NCBI GenBank assembly: GCA_965240325.2
Contig: OZ251226.1
Span: 434,001 to 498,000, forward strand
Direction of reading: 5' to 3'
DNA from: Rebecca billardiae RCC1528
Taxonomy: Eukaryota > Protista > Haptophyta
DNA length: 64,000 nucleotides
Position numbers and translations under genes: made by a program. This document shows, in pieces, positions 27,676 to 38,367 of the stretch. The notes under the pieces are model-generated. The model saw nothing but the letters and a program-made list of their open reading frames with translations. It ran no database searches and was not told where the DNA came from. Positions within the stretch are counted from its first letter, which is position 1. Every line of letters starts with the position of its first letter.

Positions 27676-30600
27676 TCACACGCCGAGGCCGGTCGTGCGC
27701 CGGCGCGACACGAGCTCATCCTCGGCCAAGTCGAGGTCGACGTCCGACGGCCGTGCGTCCGCGCTGAAGTCCCAGTCAGCCTCCGCCCGTCGGGCCGAGG
27801 GTCGCTGCGAGCCGTCCGCCTCGCTGAGCGGCGCCTCGGAGTAGGCCCACGAGCGGTCGCTCTTGCCACCCGACGGGCGCGGGTCACGACTGCTGCCGCC
27901 GGCGTCGTCCGCCTCCGAGTAGGCCCACGAGCGGTCGGTCTTTCCGCCCGAGCGGCGAGACTCGCGGGCGCTGCCGGCGGCGTCGCCCGAGCGGCGCGGG
28001 TCGCGGCTGCTGCCGCCGGCGTCGTCGGCCTCGGAGTAGGCCCACGAGCGGTCGGTCTTACCCGCGGACTGCCGGCTTCGCCGCGAGCGCGCCGCGTCCT
28101 CGTCCTCCTCCTCCTCCGCCCCCTCCGAGTAGGCCCACGAGCGGTCGGTCTTGCCGTCCGCGGTGTGCCGCGCCGGCCGCTTGCCTGACGCCGCGCTGCG
28201 CTCGCTCTCCGCCTCTTCTGAGAACTGCCACGAGCGGTCGGTCTTGTCGCCGCCGCCCTCGCTGTACGCCCACGAGCGGTCGGACTTGCGCGGGCCGCCG
28301 CCGCCGTCGTCCTCCTCCTCCACGCCGAACGCGTCCGAGTACGCGAGCGAGCGGTTCGTCGAGTCGCCGCCGTAGCCCCAGGACGCGTCCGACTTGGCGT
28401 CGGTCGGCCGAGCGGGGCGCGCGGAGCGGCCGCCCTGCGCGGCGCCGCGCGGCGAGGCGGTGGTGGAGCGGCGCCAGATGAAGTCGGCGTCGTCCATCAG
28501 GAAGTCGTCGAGCGCGTCCTGCGCCTCGTCCAGCTCCTCCTCCGTCAGGTCGGTGCCCTTGGGCGGCGCGCGCGGGCTGCGCGCCTTTGGCGGCGGCCGC
28601 GTCGCCATCGGCGTCTCGTCGTGGGCGCCAAGCCCGCAGCAGCGGAGCAGCAGCGCGGCGCACGGCGCGAAGAGGGTGGAGAGCTTCTCGGGCAGGAGGA
28701 GCGCGAGGAACGGGAGGAGCGCGATGATGAGGAAGACGATGCACAGCATCAGCGAGTCCGCGCTCACCGCCGCCGAGTCGCCCGCGCGCACGGCGAGCCC
28801 GCCCGCGAGCAGCAGGCAGATGCACACGTTGCAGACCTGCGCAAAGCGCTGCTCGACCGCGCCCTGGTAGGGGTGGTTGGTGGCGACGAGGAGGGTGTAC
28901 ACGATGGCGATGCACAGCCCGAGCACGATCTGCGTCATCGTGCCCGGCGCGATCACGCACACCACCGCGATCAGCAGCACCTTGCGCACCGTGTCCACCA
29001 GCTCCCACCACCAGTACTCGGGCTTGAAGGACGCGTAGATGAAGCCGCACGCCTTGGCCGTGTTCTCGTCCGTCAGCCGGCCCTTGCGCGAGTTGGGGCC
29101 GCCGTCGGTGATGGCGAGCGCGGCGGTGACGCGGTCCTTGCGGTAGACCACCGCGAGGAACGCGCCGCCGAGGTGGTCGAGCATCGGCTTCTGCGTCGAC
29201 TGCTGCTTCTCGAACGCGTGGAAGAGCTCGGAGTTGCGCCGGTGCCGCTCGGACGACGAGCCGATGCCCTTGGACATGAGGCCGCGCAGCGCGTCCTCGT
29301 GCGACTCCCACGGCAGCTCGGGCCAGCGCTGCGCGCGCAGGAGGGAGAAGGTGAGGAAGAGGGGCATGCCTACCATGTACGTGATGCCGAAGACCAGCCC
29401 GAACGCCGCGAAGATCCACCACATGTCCGTGCCGCACTGGACGGAGAAGTCGGCGCGCATGAAGGACGCCTGCCCCAGGTCGTAGCACGTGTACAGCTGC
29501 AGAAAGACGATCGCCATCAGCGGGAGGAAGACGAAGACGATGACGAGGCGCGCGGTGTTGAGCATCGCGTCGAAGCGGAACGACGTGCGCGGGTCGCAAT
29601 TCATCGACTCGTACTTCCACCCGCGCAGCGTGCACGCGATCGCCACGATGAAGAGCACCTCGAGCAGCGCAAAGCGCGAGAAGAAGTTGTTGAGCGCGAG
29701 GAAGCACGAGAGCGGCAGGATGTAGATCTGGCCGGTGAGGATCTGCAGCGGGTAGATGAGGTAGCCGAGGCAGGGCCACGCGACGGCGTAGCACCCGAGC
29801 GTGCCGAGGATGCACAGGTACACGAAGAGGATCTTGCACAGCTCGACGCGCCGCCACTTGGGCGGCGGCGGCGCGTCCGGATCGTAGACGGTGACCGGCG
29901 CGGCCGCCTTCTCGCGCAACCGGCTCTCCTCCTCCTCGTCGTCGTCGGCGTTGGAGGCGACGATCCAGCAGCCGCAGCGGCAGAGCAGCGCGACGATCAG
30001 GATCACCGCGACCAGCACCGCCATCAGCGCCGAGAGCTGCAGCTCGAGCGCGAGCGGGCCGCAGCTGACGCACTCTCCCGAGATGGCCTCGTAGGTGGCG
30101 CCTGGGCAGACCTCGCACAGCGGGCCGGTGCGCCCGCCGGCGCACTTGGAGTCGAGGCCGCCCTCGCACGCCCACGGGTCCATGCAGCGGTAGAAGATGG
30201 TGCCGGCGAGGAAGCGCGACGTCTCGGGGTCGCCGTCGTCCACGCGGCGGAAGTCCTCCTCGATCGGCCACGTCCAGTAGCCCGCGCCCGCGCCGTTGAA
30301 CACGCCGTCGGTGCAGTCGCCGCCCTCGCCGTCGCTCGCCGCGCCGCACGGGTAGCACGAGGAGGAGCCCGAGAGCGAGAAGGTGTTCGCGACGCACCAC
30401 TCGGAGCACACCTCCGCGCCGTACCCCGGGTTGAAGTACCCCGCGGGGCACGGCAGGCAGTACGAGCCGGGCGGCGCCTCGCGGTAGTAGCCGGGCTCGC
30501 ACTTGCCGCAGTCGTCCGACGACGTCTCGTTCTTGTAGTACCCGACCTCGCACTCGGAGCACGTGCCGCTGGTCGCGTTGTACTCGGTGCCCGCGGGGCA

Positions 30601-31632
30601 CGCGCACTCGCCGTCCTTGTCCAGGTCGTACTCCTCGTCGCCGCACACGCACTCCGCGAGCGACGAGAGCCCGACGGCGTCCGCGCCGATCTGGCCGCGC
30701 AGCGACGTGTGGCAGTCGAGGCAGAACGAGTTGCCGAGCGTGCTCTTGTACTTGTCGCGCGGGCACGGGTCGCAGCGGCCGTCGACGATGTCGTACTGCG
30801 AGCCGGGCGGGCAGAGGCACGTCGCGCTGCTGCCGTCGCCGCTGAGCACGCGCTCGAAGCTCGTGTGCGCGCACACGCACTGCTCGAAGCCGGTTGCGCC
30901 CGTCTCGTGCGTCGTCAGGTGCGGGTCCGCGTCGCTGCACGGCTCGCACTGGTGGTTGACGTTGGGCTCGGTGGCGTACGAGCCGAGCGGGCAGGCGCAG
31001 CAGGCCATGCAGTCGGGGCAGAAGTGGTGCCCCGCGGGGCACAGGCACGACACGTCCGTCTCGTTCGCCACGCGCAAGAAGCCGTCGTTGATGCACACGC
31101 ACTCGTCGACGCTCGTCGCGCCCACCGTCTCCGTCGTGAGCCGCGGGTCGAAGTCGGCGCACGCGCGGCAGAACGAGATCTCGCCGGGCGGGTGGTACGC
31201 GTACGTGCCCACCGGGCACTGCACGCACAGCCCGTCCACGAACGCGCGGTCTTCCGGGCACGGCGGCGGGCTCGGCGGCGGCGGCGTGGGCGGCGGGCCG
31301 GGCGGATCCGGCGGCGGCGACGGCGGCTCTGGCGGCGGGCTCGGGGGCGGCGGGCTCGGCGGCGGCGTGGGCGGCGGCGGGACGGGCGGCGCGCCCGGCG
31401 GGAGCGGCGGCGGCTTCGGACCCGGCGGCGGCGACGGCGGCGACGATGGCAGCGGCGGCGGCGTGGGCGGCGTGCTGGGCGGCTCGCTCGGCGGCGTGGA
31501 CGGCGGCTCGCTCGGCGGCGCGGCTGGCGGCGAGCCCGGCGGCGGGGCGGGGTTCGTGGCGCCCACGAGCGGCGCGGTGGCGCACAGAAGCGCGAGCGCG
31601 GCGAAGAGCGCGGCGCGCCCACGGCTGCGCAT
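27676..31632 (-). CDS. Cys-rich (ephrin-receptor-like/GCC2-GCC3 repeats) multi-pass membrane protein with Pro-rich N-terminus and repetitive cytoplasmic tail
   Basis: Signal peptide MRSRGRAALFAALALLCA and poly-Pro stalk. Repeats CPVGTY, CPLGSY, CPAGYF, then GRTGPLCEVC. About 9 hydrophobic segments with MRADFSVQC and GFIYASFKPEYWWWELVDTVRKVLL, typical of this protist receptor-like class. Confidence 0.85.
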   Translation of the reverse strand: MRSRGRAALFAALALLCATAPLVGATNPAPPPGSPPAAPPSEPPSTPPSEPPSTPPTPPPLPSSPPSPPPGPKPPPLPPGAPPVPPPPTPPPSPPPPSPPPEPPSPPPDPPGPPPTPPPPSPPPCPEDRAFVDGLCVQCPVGTYAYHPPGEISFCRACADFDPRLTTETVGATSVDECVCINDGFLRVANETDVSCLCPAGHHFCPDCMACCACPLGSYATEPNVNHQCEPCSDADPHLTTHETGATGFEQCVCAHTSFERVLSGDGSSATCLCPPGSQYDIVDGRCDPCPRDKYKSTLGNSFCLDCHTSLRGQIGADAVGLSSLAECVCGDEEYDLDKDGECACPAGTEYNATSGTCSECEVGYYKNETSSDDCGKCEPGYYREAPPGSYCLPCPAGYFNPGYGAEVCSEWCVANTFSLSGSSSCYPCGAASDGEGGDCTDGVFNGAGAGYWTWPIEEDFRRVDDGDPETSRFLAGTIFYRCMDPWACEGGLDSKCAGGRTGPLCEVCPGATYEAISGECVSCGPLALELQLSALMAVLVAVILIVALLCRCGCWIVASNADDDEEEESRLREKAAAPVTVYDPDAPPPPKWRRVELCKILFVYLCILGTLGCYAVAWPCLGYLIYPLQILTGQIYILPLSCFLALNNFFSRFALLEVLFIVAIACTLRGWKYESMNCDPRTSFRFDAMLNTARLVIVFVFLPLMAIVFLQLYTCYDLGQASFMRADFSVQCGTDMWWIFAAFGLVFGITYMVGMPLFLTFSLLRAQRWPELPWESHEDALRGLMSKGIGSSSERHRRNSELFHAFEKQQSTQKPMLDHLGGAFLAVVYRKDRVTAALAITDGGPNSRKGRLTDENTAKACGFIYASFKPEYWWWELVDTVRKVLLIAVVCVIAPGTMTQIVLGLCIAIVYTLLVATNHPYQGAVEQRFAQVCNVCICLLLAGGLAVRAGDSAAVSADSLMLCIVFLIIALLPFLALLLPEKLSTLFAPCAALLLRCCGLGAHDETPMATRPPPKARSPRAPPKGTDLTEEELDEAQDALDDFLMDDADFIWRRSTTASPRGAAQGGRSARPARPTDAKSDASWGYGGDSTNRSLAYSDAFGVEEEDDGGGGPRKSDRSWAYSEGGGDKTDRSWQFSEEAESERSAASGKRPARHTADGKTDRSWAYSEGAEEEEDEDAARSRRSRQSAGKTDRSWAYSEADDAGGSSRDPRRSGDAAGSARESRRSGGKTDRSWAYSEADDAGGSSRDPRPSGGKSDRSWAYSEAPLSEADGSQRPSARRAEADWDFSADARPSDVDLDLAEDELVSRRRTTGLGV

Positions 31633-32059
31633 GGCGGCGAGCTGCCTAGGCGATGCCGCCGCGCGAAGCTCCTCCTCCTGCAAGGGGGCAGCAGCAGGCA
31701 GCAGCCGTGGCCTCGCCGATCCTCTTAGGCCGCGGGCCTTTAACCAACCCGTTGGCGGCCTATTCAGCGTTCCAGATTTGGCGCGGGCGCCAGCCAATGG
31801 CGCAACGACCTTCGGGCCCACTTGTTGGAATTGATCGCTGGCCACTAACTAGCGCACGCACGATGATCTCATTAGTATTTGCGAGGATGAAACCGCTGCC
31901 TCCGGACTCCAACCGTGGACGGCTCCGGACGCACTGGGCAGGCGTGACCGCGTGACACTGCACAGGTCTGCAGGGGACACCAGCGAACAAGGGAGGGCCT
32001 GGCCGCAGCAGCCTGGCGGGCAGCGGCACCAGGCCTTCGCGAGAAGTGAAATCTGCACG

Positions 32060-32932
32060 ATGGCCGGCGGTGTTGCGAGCCCGGCGCAGGCGGCGCTCCT
32101 CGTCGCGCTGGGGGTGGTGGCGGCGGTGGCGCTGCACCGCGCGCTGCGCACAGCGCGGGACAGGCGCTGTGCGCAGCCGCAGCCCGCCCCGGCGCCCCCC
32201 GCGGCAAATCCCACGCCCGCGGCTCCCCCTGGCAGCATCGCGGCCGCCCTCGCCGACGTGCGCGCGCGGATCGCCGCGCTCACCGCCGAGCTCGGCCGCG
32301 CTCGGCCGCCTCTGCTCGTCGCGGTGAGCAAGACGAAGCCCGCGGAGCTCCTCCGCGAGGCGTACGACGCCGGCCAGCGCACCTTCGGCGAGAACTACGT
32401 GCAGGAGCTCGTGGACAAGGCGCCCGAGCTGCCGGCCGACTGCGCGTGGCACTTCATCGGCCACCTGCAGTCAAACAAGGCGCGCGTGCTGTGCGCGGTG
32501 CCCAACCTGGCGCGCGTGGAGAGCGTCGACTCGGAGAAGATCGCCAACGCGCTCGACAAGGCGTGCGCCGCGCGCGCCCAGCCGCTCAGCGTGCTCGTGC
32601 AGGTCAACTCGAGCGGCGAGGACTCCAAGTACGGCATCGAGCCTGCGCGCGCGGCGGCGCTCGTCCGGCACGTGCGCGAGCGCTGCCCGCACCTGCGCTG
32701 CGACGGGCTGATGACGATCGGCGCGCTGGACTACTCGCCCAGCCCGGAGTGCCTGCGCCGCATGCTCGCCTGCCGCGCCGCGGTCGCCTCCGAGCTCGGC
32801 CTCGACGAGGCCTCCCTCGAGCTCTCGATGGGGATGAGCGCCGACTACGAGTCCGCCATCCGGCTGGGCTCGACCAGCGTGCGCGTCGGCTCGACCATCT
32901 TCGGCGCGCGCGCGCAGAAGCAGCCGCGGTGA
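32060..32932 (+). CDS. PLPBP: Pyridoxal phosphate homeostasis protein (YggS/PROSC) with N-terminal hydrophobic extension
   Basis: LVAVSKTKP, FGENYVQE, WHFIGHLQSNK, GLMTIG, LSMGMSADY, GSTSVRVGSTIFGAR. Confidence 0.95.
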   Translation: MAGGVASPAQAALLVALGVVAAVALHRALRTARDRRCAQPQPAPAPPAANPTPAAPPGSIAAALADVRARIAALTAELGRARPPLLVAVSKTKPAELLREAYDAGQRTFGENYVQELVDKAPELPADCAWHFIGHLQSNKARVLCAVPNLARVESVDSEKIANALDKACAARAQPLSVLVQVNSSGEDSKYGIEPARAAALVRHVRERCPHLRCDGLMTIGALDYSPSPECLRRMLACRAAVASELGLDEASLELSMGMSADYESAIRLGSTSVRVGSTIFGARAQKQPR

Positions 32933-33227
32933 TCCGAGTGGCCGGGGCGACCGGGGCCGCCGCGCGCTGCGCAAGCAGGGCGCAGCATCTTGGAACGCGC
33001 GCCCGCACCGAACTATCATGCGTGATGTCTAACCGCGGCACTGCTGCCTGCCAGCGGGCAGGCACCGATTGATATCCGCGCGGCGACCGTCAAGGCCGTC
33101 AACGAGTCAACGACAACGTGAACGTGATAAACGTGTCTGACGTGCCATCAATTCCAGCTGACACATACATGACGACAGCGCACTCATCAGGCGTCACTGA
33201 GTCAAGCGTGAAGCGGCGGTTTCGAGT

Positions 33228-33448
33228 GGCTCCGGCTCCGCCGCCTCCCGGCCCGGACTGCGCTGACCCGCAGCCCCAGGCCCGGCGCAGCTCCGTTATT
33301 ACTCGATCGAATCTTCGGGGCCCGACTCCCGAGCCGTTGAAGTCAACCAGCACTGAGGCCAAGCCGTCGGACCCTGCAGCAGAGTCGGCTCCGGTCCGAC
33401 CGCGTCGGTCCGGGACGTCCAGGACAGGGAGGGGTGCATTCAGACTCT
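33228..33448 (+). repeat. Degenerate copy of the type 2 small dispersed element
   Basis: ggctccggctccg...cagctccgtta...cccgagcc..gaagtcaacca...cggaccctgcagcagagtc...ttcagactct is colinear with the reverse complement of 26702-26875. Confidence 0.65.
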
Positions 33449-34046
33449 CTGGGGCCGGGTCTGGGGGGGCTCCCCCCAGGCCCAGCCGATCGAAGCATTT
33501 CTATGTGTCTGCGGCACCCTGAGCCTGACGCTTGCCCGTCGCATACTACCACGTCGTTAAATATATCTAGATATATATGTAAAAATTATTACTACTACCC
33601 AGGGTCCCTTAACAGAATAACTTAACTACTCCGAGACTTAATTCAGCACCTTACAACTACAGTAACAGTCGTCCGGGAGCGCCGTCCGGACGTACCTGTA
33701 TACATATGTGCGAAAATGTTACCCCGGCAGACTGGGTGGTATTTAGTTATGGCCCGCGGTGCAGGGCGGAGCGCGTAGCGTGGAGCCCCGCCGGGGGCCC
33801 TCACTACGTTGTCAAAAAGATCTTTTGATCAAAGAAAAGGGGACGGGGGACGATTTTGAGGGCTGTTGGAGGGTGAGTTTTCGCTTTTTCGAGGGGTTCA
33901 TTCGCCCATTGCTCTGCATTAGCAAGACGCGATTGACGAAATAAGCGCGCCCACGCCATTCCGCATAAGTCGATGGACGGACGTGCATTTGTCAGTATAT
34001 CTGGGTGAACGAATCTGCGATTTGTTGTAAATCTTCATAGCATATT

Positions 34047-34094
34047 GCCAAATAGGACGAGGACCCAAGCGCTTGGGTCCTCGTCCTATTTGGC
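34047..34094. repeat. Perfect 48-bp palindrome
   Basis: gccaaataggacgaggacccaagc is followed directly by its reverse complement gcttgggtcctcgtcctatttggc. Confidence 0.95.
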
Positions 34095-34619
34095 GCGTGG
34101 GTGCGGGCTGAGGGCTCCTGGCAAAAAGTCTTCGTCAAGTACTCAACTTTACTAACGACGAACCTTTGCGCGCTGCCAAATTACTCAACTTTACACCTAA
34201 CAATGACCCCAGTGGGCGGAAATGGCCATATCTCCCGGAGATCGGGAGTACTCACACGTGTGAGTCATGTTTCGTCCTTTTTTCCGAGACGTTGATTGGT
34301 CAAACGCTCAGCATTCTATGTCCACAATTCCATATCGACACAACACAACTCCTACCAACCTGTGTCACTAAAAACCTTGGGTTAGCTGCACAACGACCAA
34401 TCAGCGCGCAGCGAGCGGAGAGACTCGAAACCCGAGATTCACTCACGCGCATTTACTATGATGTTTGCTCTTCGCCCATGCCAACTTTGCTATTGACAAA
34501 AACGCGCAGCGGCTTGGTTACGACCCATAGAAATCTAGACGACCACCAATCAGCACACAGCAAACGAGACAACCTTCACTTTCGAGCGGGCGAAAGGAGC
34601 TTTGCCTTCAACCCGCAGG

Positions 34620-35800
34620 CATATGCGTTCTCGCTGGCACGCGGCGCGCGCTGCCGCTCGCCGCCGCTGCGCTCGATGCGAGCGCGGCCGCCGCCGCGGC
34701 AGCGCGCGGGCCGGGCGGCTGCGAGGACCCGGGCGCGCTCGTGCGCAAGCGGCGGCGCCCGGTGGGCGGCGCGGCGGCGCCCGCCGACGCGCACGGCAAG
34801 AGCGAAGGCTGCGGTGCGCTGAGTGACGCCGAGGTGGAGGCCGCGGCCAGCGAGCTCGCGCGGCCCAGCGCGCGCGCGGTGCGGCTCGGGCTGGGGCACG
34901 AGGCGCGGACGGCGGCGCGCTCGGCGGCACCGGCGCGCTGGATGCGCTCGCCTGCCCGCTCGCGCGGCACGCGGCTGCGAGGCGCAGCGCGAGCCGCCGG
35001 GCTAGGCCGCGTGCGCCGAGGCGGGCGAGACGCTCGGCGTGCTCGGCGGCGCGCTCGGCATCACGGCGCGCTGCTGGCGGCGCTGCTCGCGTGCCCTTCC
35101 ATCGTCTCGCTCGCCACATCCGCCGCGACGGAGCAGTCCAGCAGCAGCACCGTTTCCGGCATGCGCACGCTGGCGCTCGCGCACGCCAACTGCGAGTGCG
35201 GAGGCGCTGGGCGCCGAGCTGGCGAAGCGCGGCGCCGAGCTCGACGCGCTGCGCGACGCGGCGACGGACGCGCTGCCGCTGGGCGCGCGTGGCGCCCTCG
35301 TCGCGACGCCCCGTGCAGCAGCTCGAGCAGCCAGCTGTGGAGTAGACGGCCGTCGAGGCGATCGGCGCCGGGTGCCAGCGCGCACGGGCTCAGCCCGTGC
35401 CGCTGGCTCGGGCCGCCGCAGCCGTCTTCGAGGCCGACGCGGCGGAGGAGGCGGCGGGCGAGCTGACGGCGGCGCGGTCCGGCGGTGGAGCAGGCGCGCA
35501 CGCGCGGCGGCAGGCGCGACGCGCCGCTCGCCTCGTTCCACCCCGAGCTCCGCTCGGTCTCGGTGCGCGGCTGCCGGTAGCGCAGGCCGGGGCAGCACTG
35601 CGTGGCGCGCGCTCTCGCTCCGTCTGCCGGCACGAGGTGCGCCGGCTGAGTGAGCGACCAGCGGCCCGTCGTCGAGCGCATGGCGCCGCGCGAGCACCTC
35701 AAGCAGACTGTGCGCCCGCACGCGCGCACGCGCCGGCCCGCGCCGCGCGGCGCCTATCGCCCTGCCTGCGCGCGCGCGCCGCCCCGCGGCGGCCGCTTCC
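34620..35800 (+). pseudogene. GC-rich, frameshifted gene-like fragment inside the TIR element
   Basis: Host-like coding composition with plausible peptides in alternating frames (GMRTLALAHANC / EALGAELAKRGAELDALRDAA / LASFHPELRSVSVRGC) and an intron-like gtgcgccc stretch near 35710. No continuous ORF. Confidence 0.4.
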
Positions 35801-35824
35801 CCGCGCGGCGGCCCGCCGGCGACA

Positions 35825-36480
35825 GTCCTCGGCCCGCCGGCCCGGTGGGCGGCAACTGAGTTGTGGCGGTGGCAGCTCCGAGGCGAACGAACTGTTACAC
35901 ATGATGATTGTCCGACTGAGACAGCACTCAGCAGCCGACGGAGGGTGCACCGCGGGCCCCTAACTGCGTTGGTTCTACGGAAGGACCGCGGAACGCGGTC
36001 ATATACAAAATAGAGTATGAACCTATAGATTGGAGGCGCGAGTGGCTGATTATCCACCTGGCCGTCGTAATATGATGAGTAAACATCGTCCTGGGGAGCT
36101 CTCCAATGGAGTGAACTCCAAGCGGGACCGCCTGGGGACCGGCCCGACCGGGGTGGTCTGCTAGGAGCTATTCGGTAGATCATCAGAGGCGGCGATCTCG
36201 CCGATTGCAGTGTCAAGATGTAACGCTCCAGTGACCGGACTGGTGGGGGGGGTGGACCGAAGCCGGAGCCTGCTAGTATTATTAAATGATGAATATCAGT
36301 CACATGTGCGTAGTATGACCGCGTTCCGCGGTCCTCTTCCGTCAGAACCAACGTAGTTGGGGGCCCGCGATGCAGAGTCTGTCTGTGCCGGCCGTCTGAC
36401 AGTCTGTGCGGTGTGCCACCCGCTCCGTCCGACCACCACGAACACAGGCGTCACAGCGTTGCCCCCGCGGGCCCGAGTCG
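35825..36480. mobile_element. Nested foldback/MITE-like element with long inverted arms
   Basis: Core arms 35946-36003 and 36314-36374 are reverse complements (tgca.cgcgggcccc.aact.cgttggttct.acggaa..ggaccgcggaacgcggtcata). Weaker similarity extends outward to about 35825 and 36480. Confidence 0.7.
36007..36270 (-). repeat. Small dispersed element, interior type 1, lying between the foldback arms
   Basis: Reverse complement aligns end to end with 26340-26593. Confidence 0.85.
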
Positions 36481-38367
36481 CATAGCTTATACTAGCAGCT
36501 ATCTGCTATGCCGCATTCACTATCATACTATGTCAGCGTGCTGCACTAACTTACAGCAGTAACTTACCTCACGCTGCATCGTCGCGCGGACTCGCCGCTC
36601 GCAGATCAGCCTGTGGCTCTCGTGTCAGGCAGTCAGGCATCCGTCGTGCCCATCAGCGCCAGAGCTGGCTCTCAGTCACTGAGTGAGTGAGAGCCGCCGC
36701 TCACGGTCGGCGCGCACGCAGTCCGAGCTCCGAGCTCGCGCGCCAAACGCCCGCCCATGCGCCAGTCAAGCCGTCGAGACTCGAGACAGCTCGGATGCGG
36801 CGGACGAGAGCAAAATAGATGTGCGCGTGGTCCAGCTCGTGCTGCGACTCGGACTCGCCCAGTCTCGTCGCCCGCAGATCTGCGCGCGCTGCTTGCCGCG
36901 CCGCTGCATCATGTGCCAGCCAGAGGACCCTCCAGGCTTCCGAGTCAGTCAGCACGCCGCACGTGGATGAGCCATCACAGCTCGGCCATGGACGGCGCGA
37001 GCGAGGGCTTGGGCGAGCGAGATGGCCGTGGTGGCTGCTCCACATCCCGACAAAACGTCCAAGACTACCCGCTCGCACCACGCCGACTGGATCAGGCGAA
37101 GGCTCCGCACTGCACTCTGCAGATCAGGCTTGGCGAGACGCGGCTGAACCGCCGACGTCCTCGCGACACATGCCGAGAGTTCAGCTGCGCGGCGTGCGGC
37201 GTGGCGCGCGCGGGCGCGCGCATGGTCAGCTGGAAACACAGCGAGAAACTCGCCTCGCCCCCACGCGCCACGCGCATTCGCACCCAGAATATCACACACG
37301 AGGAGCATCGTCCGATGAGTGAGGAGCTACTCGACGGCTTCTTCACCGGTGAGTCAGCCGTCACGGCTGCGCAGTCAATAACATGATGAACTCGAGGGAC
37401 ACCCGATGCTGCTGTCGCCTGCGGAGTAGGCCTGGATTCACGCGTTAGGATGCCCCGCGGTCTCCTCCTCGTACCGTCGCCGACTGCTCTCCGCGCGCGA
37501 GCGTCGACATCGATTCGTGTCCGCGACGGTCGTGCTCGGTTGGAAACCGCACTGACTGGGCCGAAGAGGAATCGGCAGGGCGGGGCGCGCGGGGTGAGCG
37601 GGCACGAAAGCGACGCCGACGACCGTCGGGATACCCGCCGCAGCCGCGCGCACCTGCGCTGAGTCCGTCGGATTGAACGATCGTGCGCTGCCGCAGCGGG
37701 CCGCCGCTCGGCCTCGTTCGTTCGCTTCGTCGGCTGCCGGTGGCCGAGGCGCCTCGCAAGTTGAGCTCAGAGGGCCGAATCCAGTATTCATCAAGGGAGA
37801 TAGTATGAAGATTGCGTTGTGGTTGCGCGATCAACATTTGATCATCAAACGTCGTCGCTCCTTGAATCTCATTGGCCGAAAAAATCGCTTGTAACGGTTC
37901 GTTACGTTAGGGATCCTAAAGGGCGTGAAGTTTTTTGGACGGGCGTCACTCCCACTTTTATTATCTGAAGGCAGTGGGCGCGACCTTTTCTCGCTAATAG
38001 ATGTCTCTTACAGTCTCAAAATTCAAAACTCGGTCTCTTCCAGCCTTGAAAATCGTCCCCCGTCCCTTTTTTCTTGATCAAAGATCTTTTTGAAACGTGG
38101 TTAGGGCCCACGGAGCGGGCTCCACGCTGCGCGCTCCGCCCTGCACCGCGGGCCATAACTACGGAGTCATCACGGAACTACTGCTAACCTACTCGCGTCA
38201 GCCATCCGATGGCTCGGATGCGATCATCATCAGCTCCGATCGACCGACGATGAGCTGATCTAAGACGACTCCGAAGAAATATCTCGACGACGCGATGATC
38301 ACATTCACGACTGCTATACTACGACGCGATAATATAATTATAATTAACTTTGTACCTAGGCGGGCCG

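Larger units (their letters stand above)
33744..38161. mobile_element. ~4.4 kb non-autonomous DNA transposon with ~120-bp terminal inverted repeats
   Basis: 33744-33865 (tagttatggcccgcggtgcagggcggagcgcg...gggacgggggacgatttt) is the reverse complement of 38041-38161 with few differences. Both ends are bounded by TA. No intact transposase inside. Confidence 0.8.

Noticed and set aside
36683-37386. Possible TnpB/Fanzor or Tc1/IS630 transposase relic (QICARC, FSCAACG..W..NI, DESK)
   Set aside because: The motifs are short, lie in different frames and are spaced too far apart, and no RuvC or DDE triad can be traced. A frameshift-aware HMM search would be needed; not supportable by eye.
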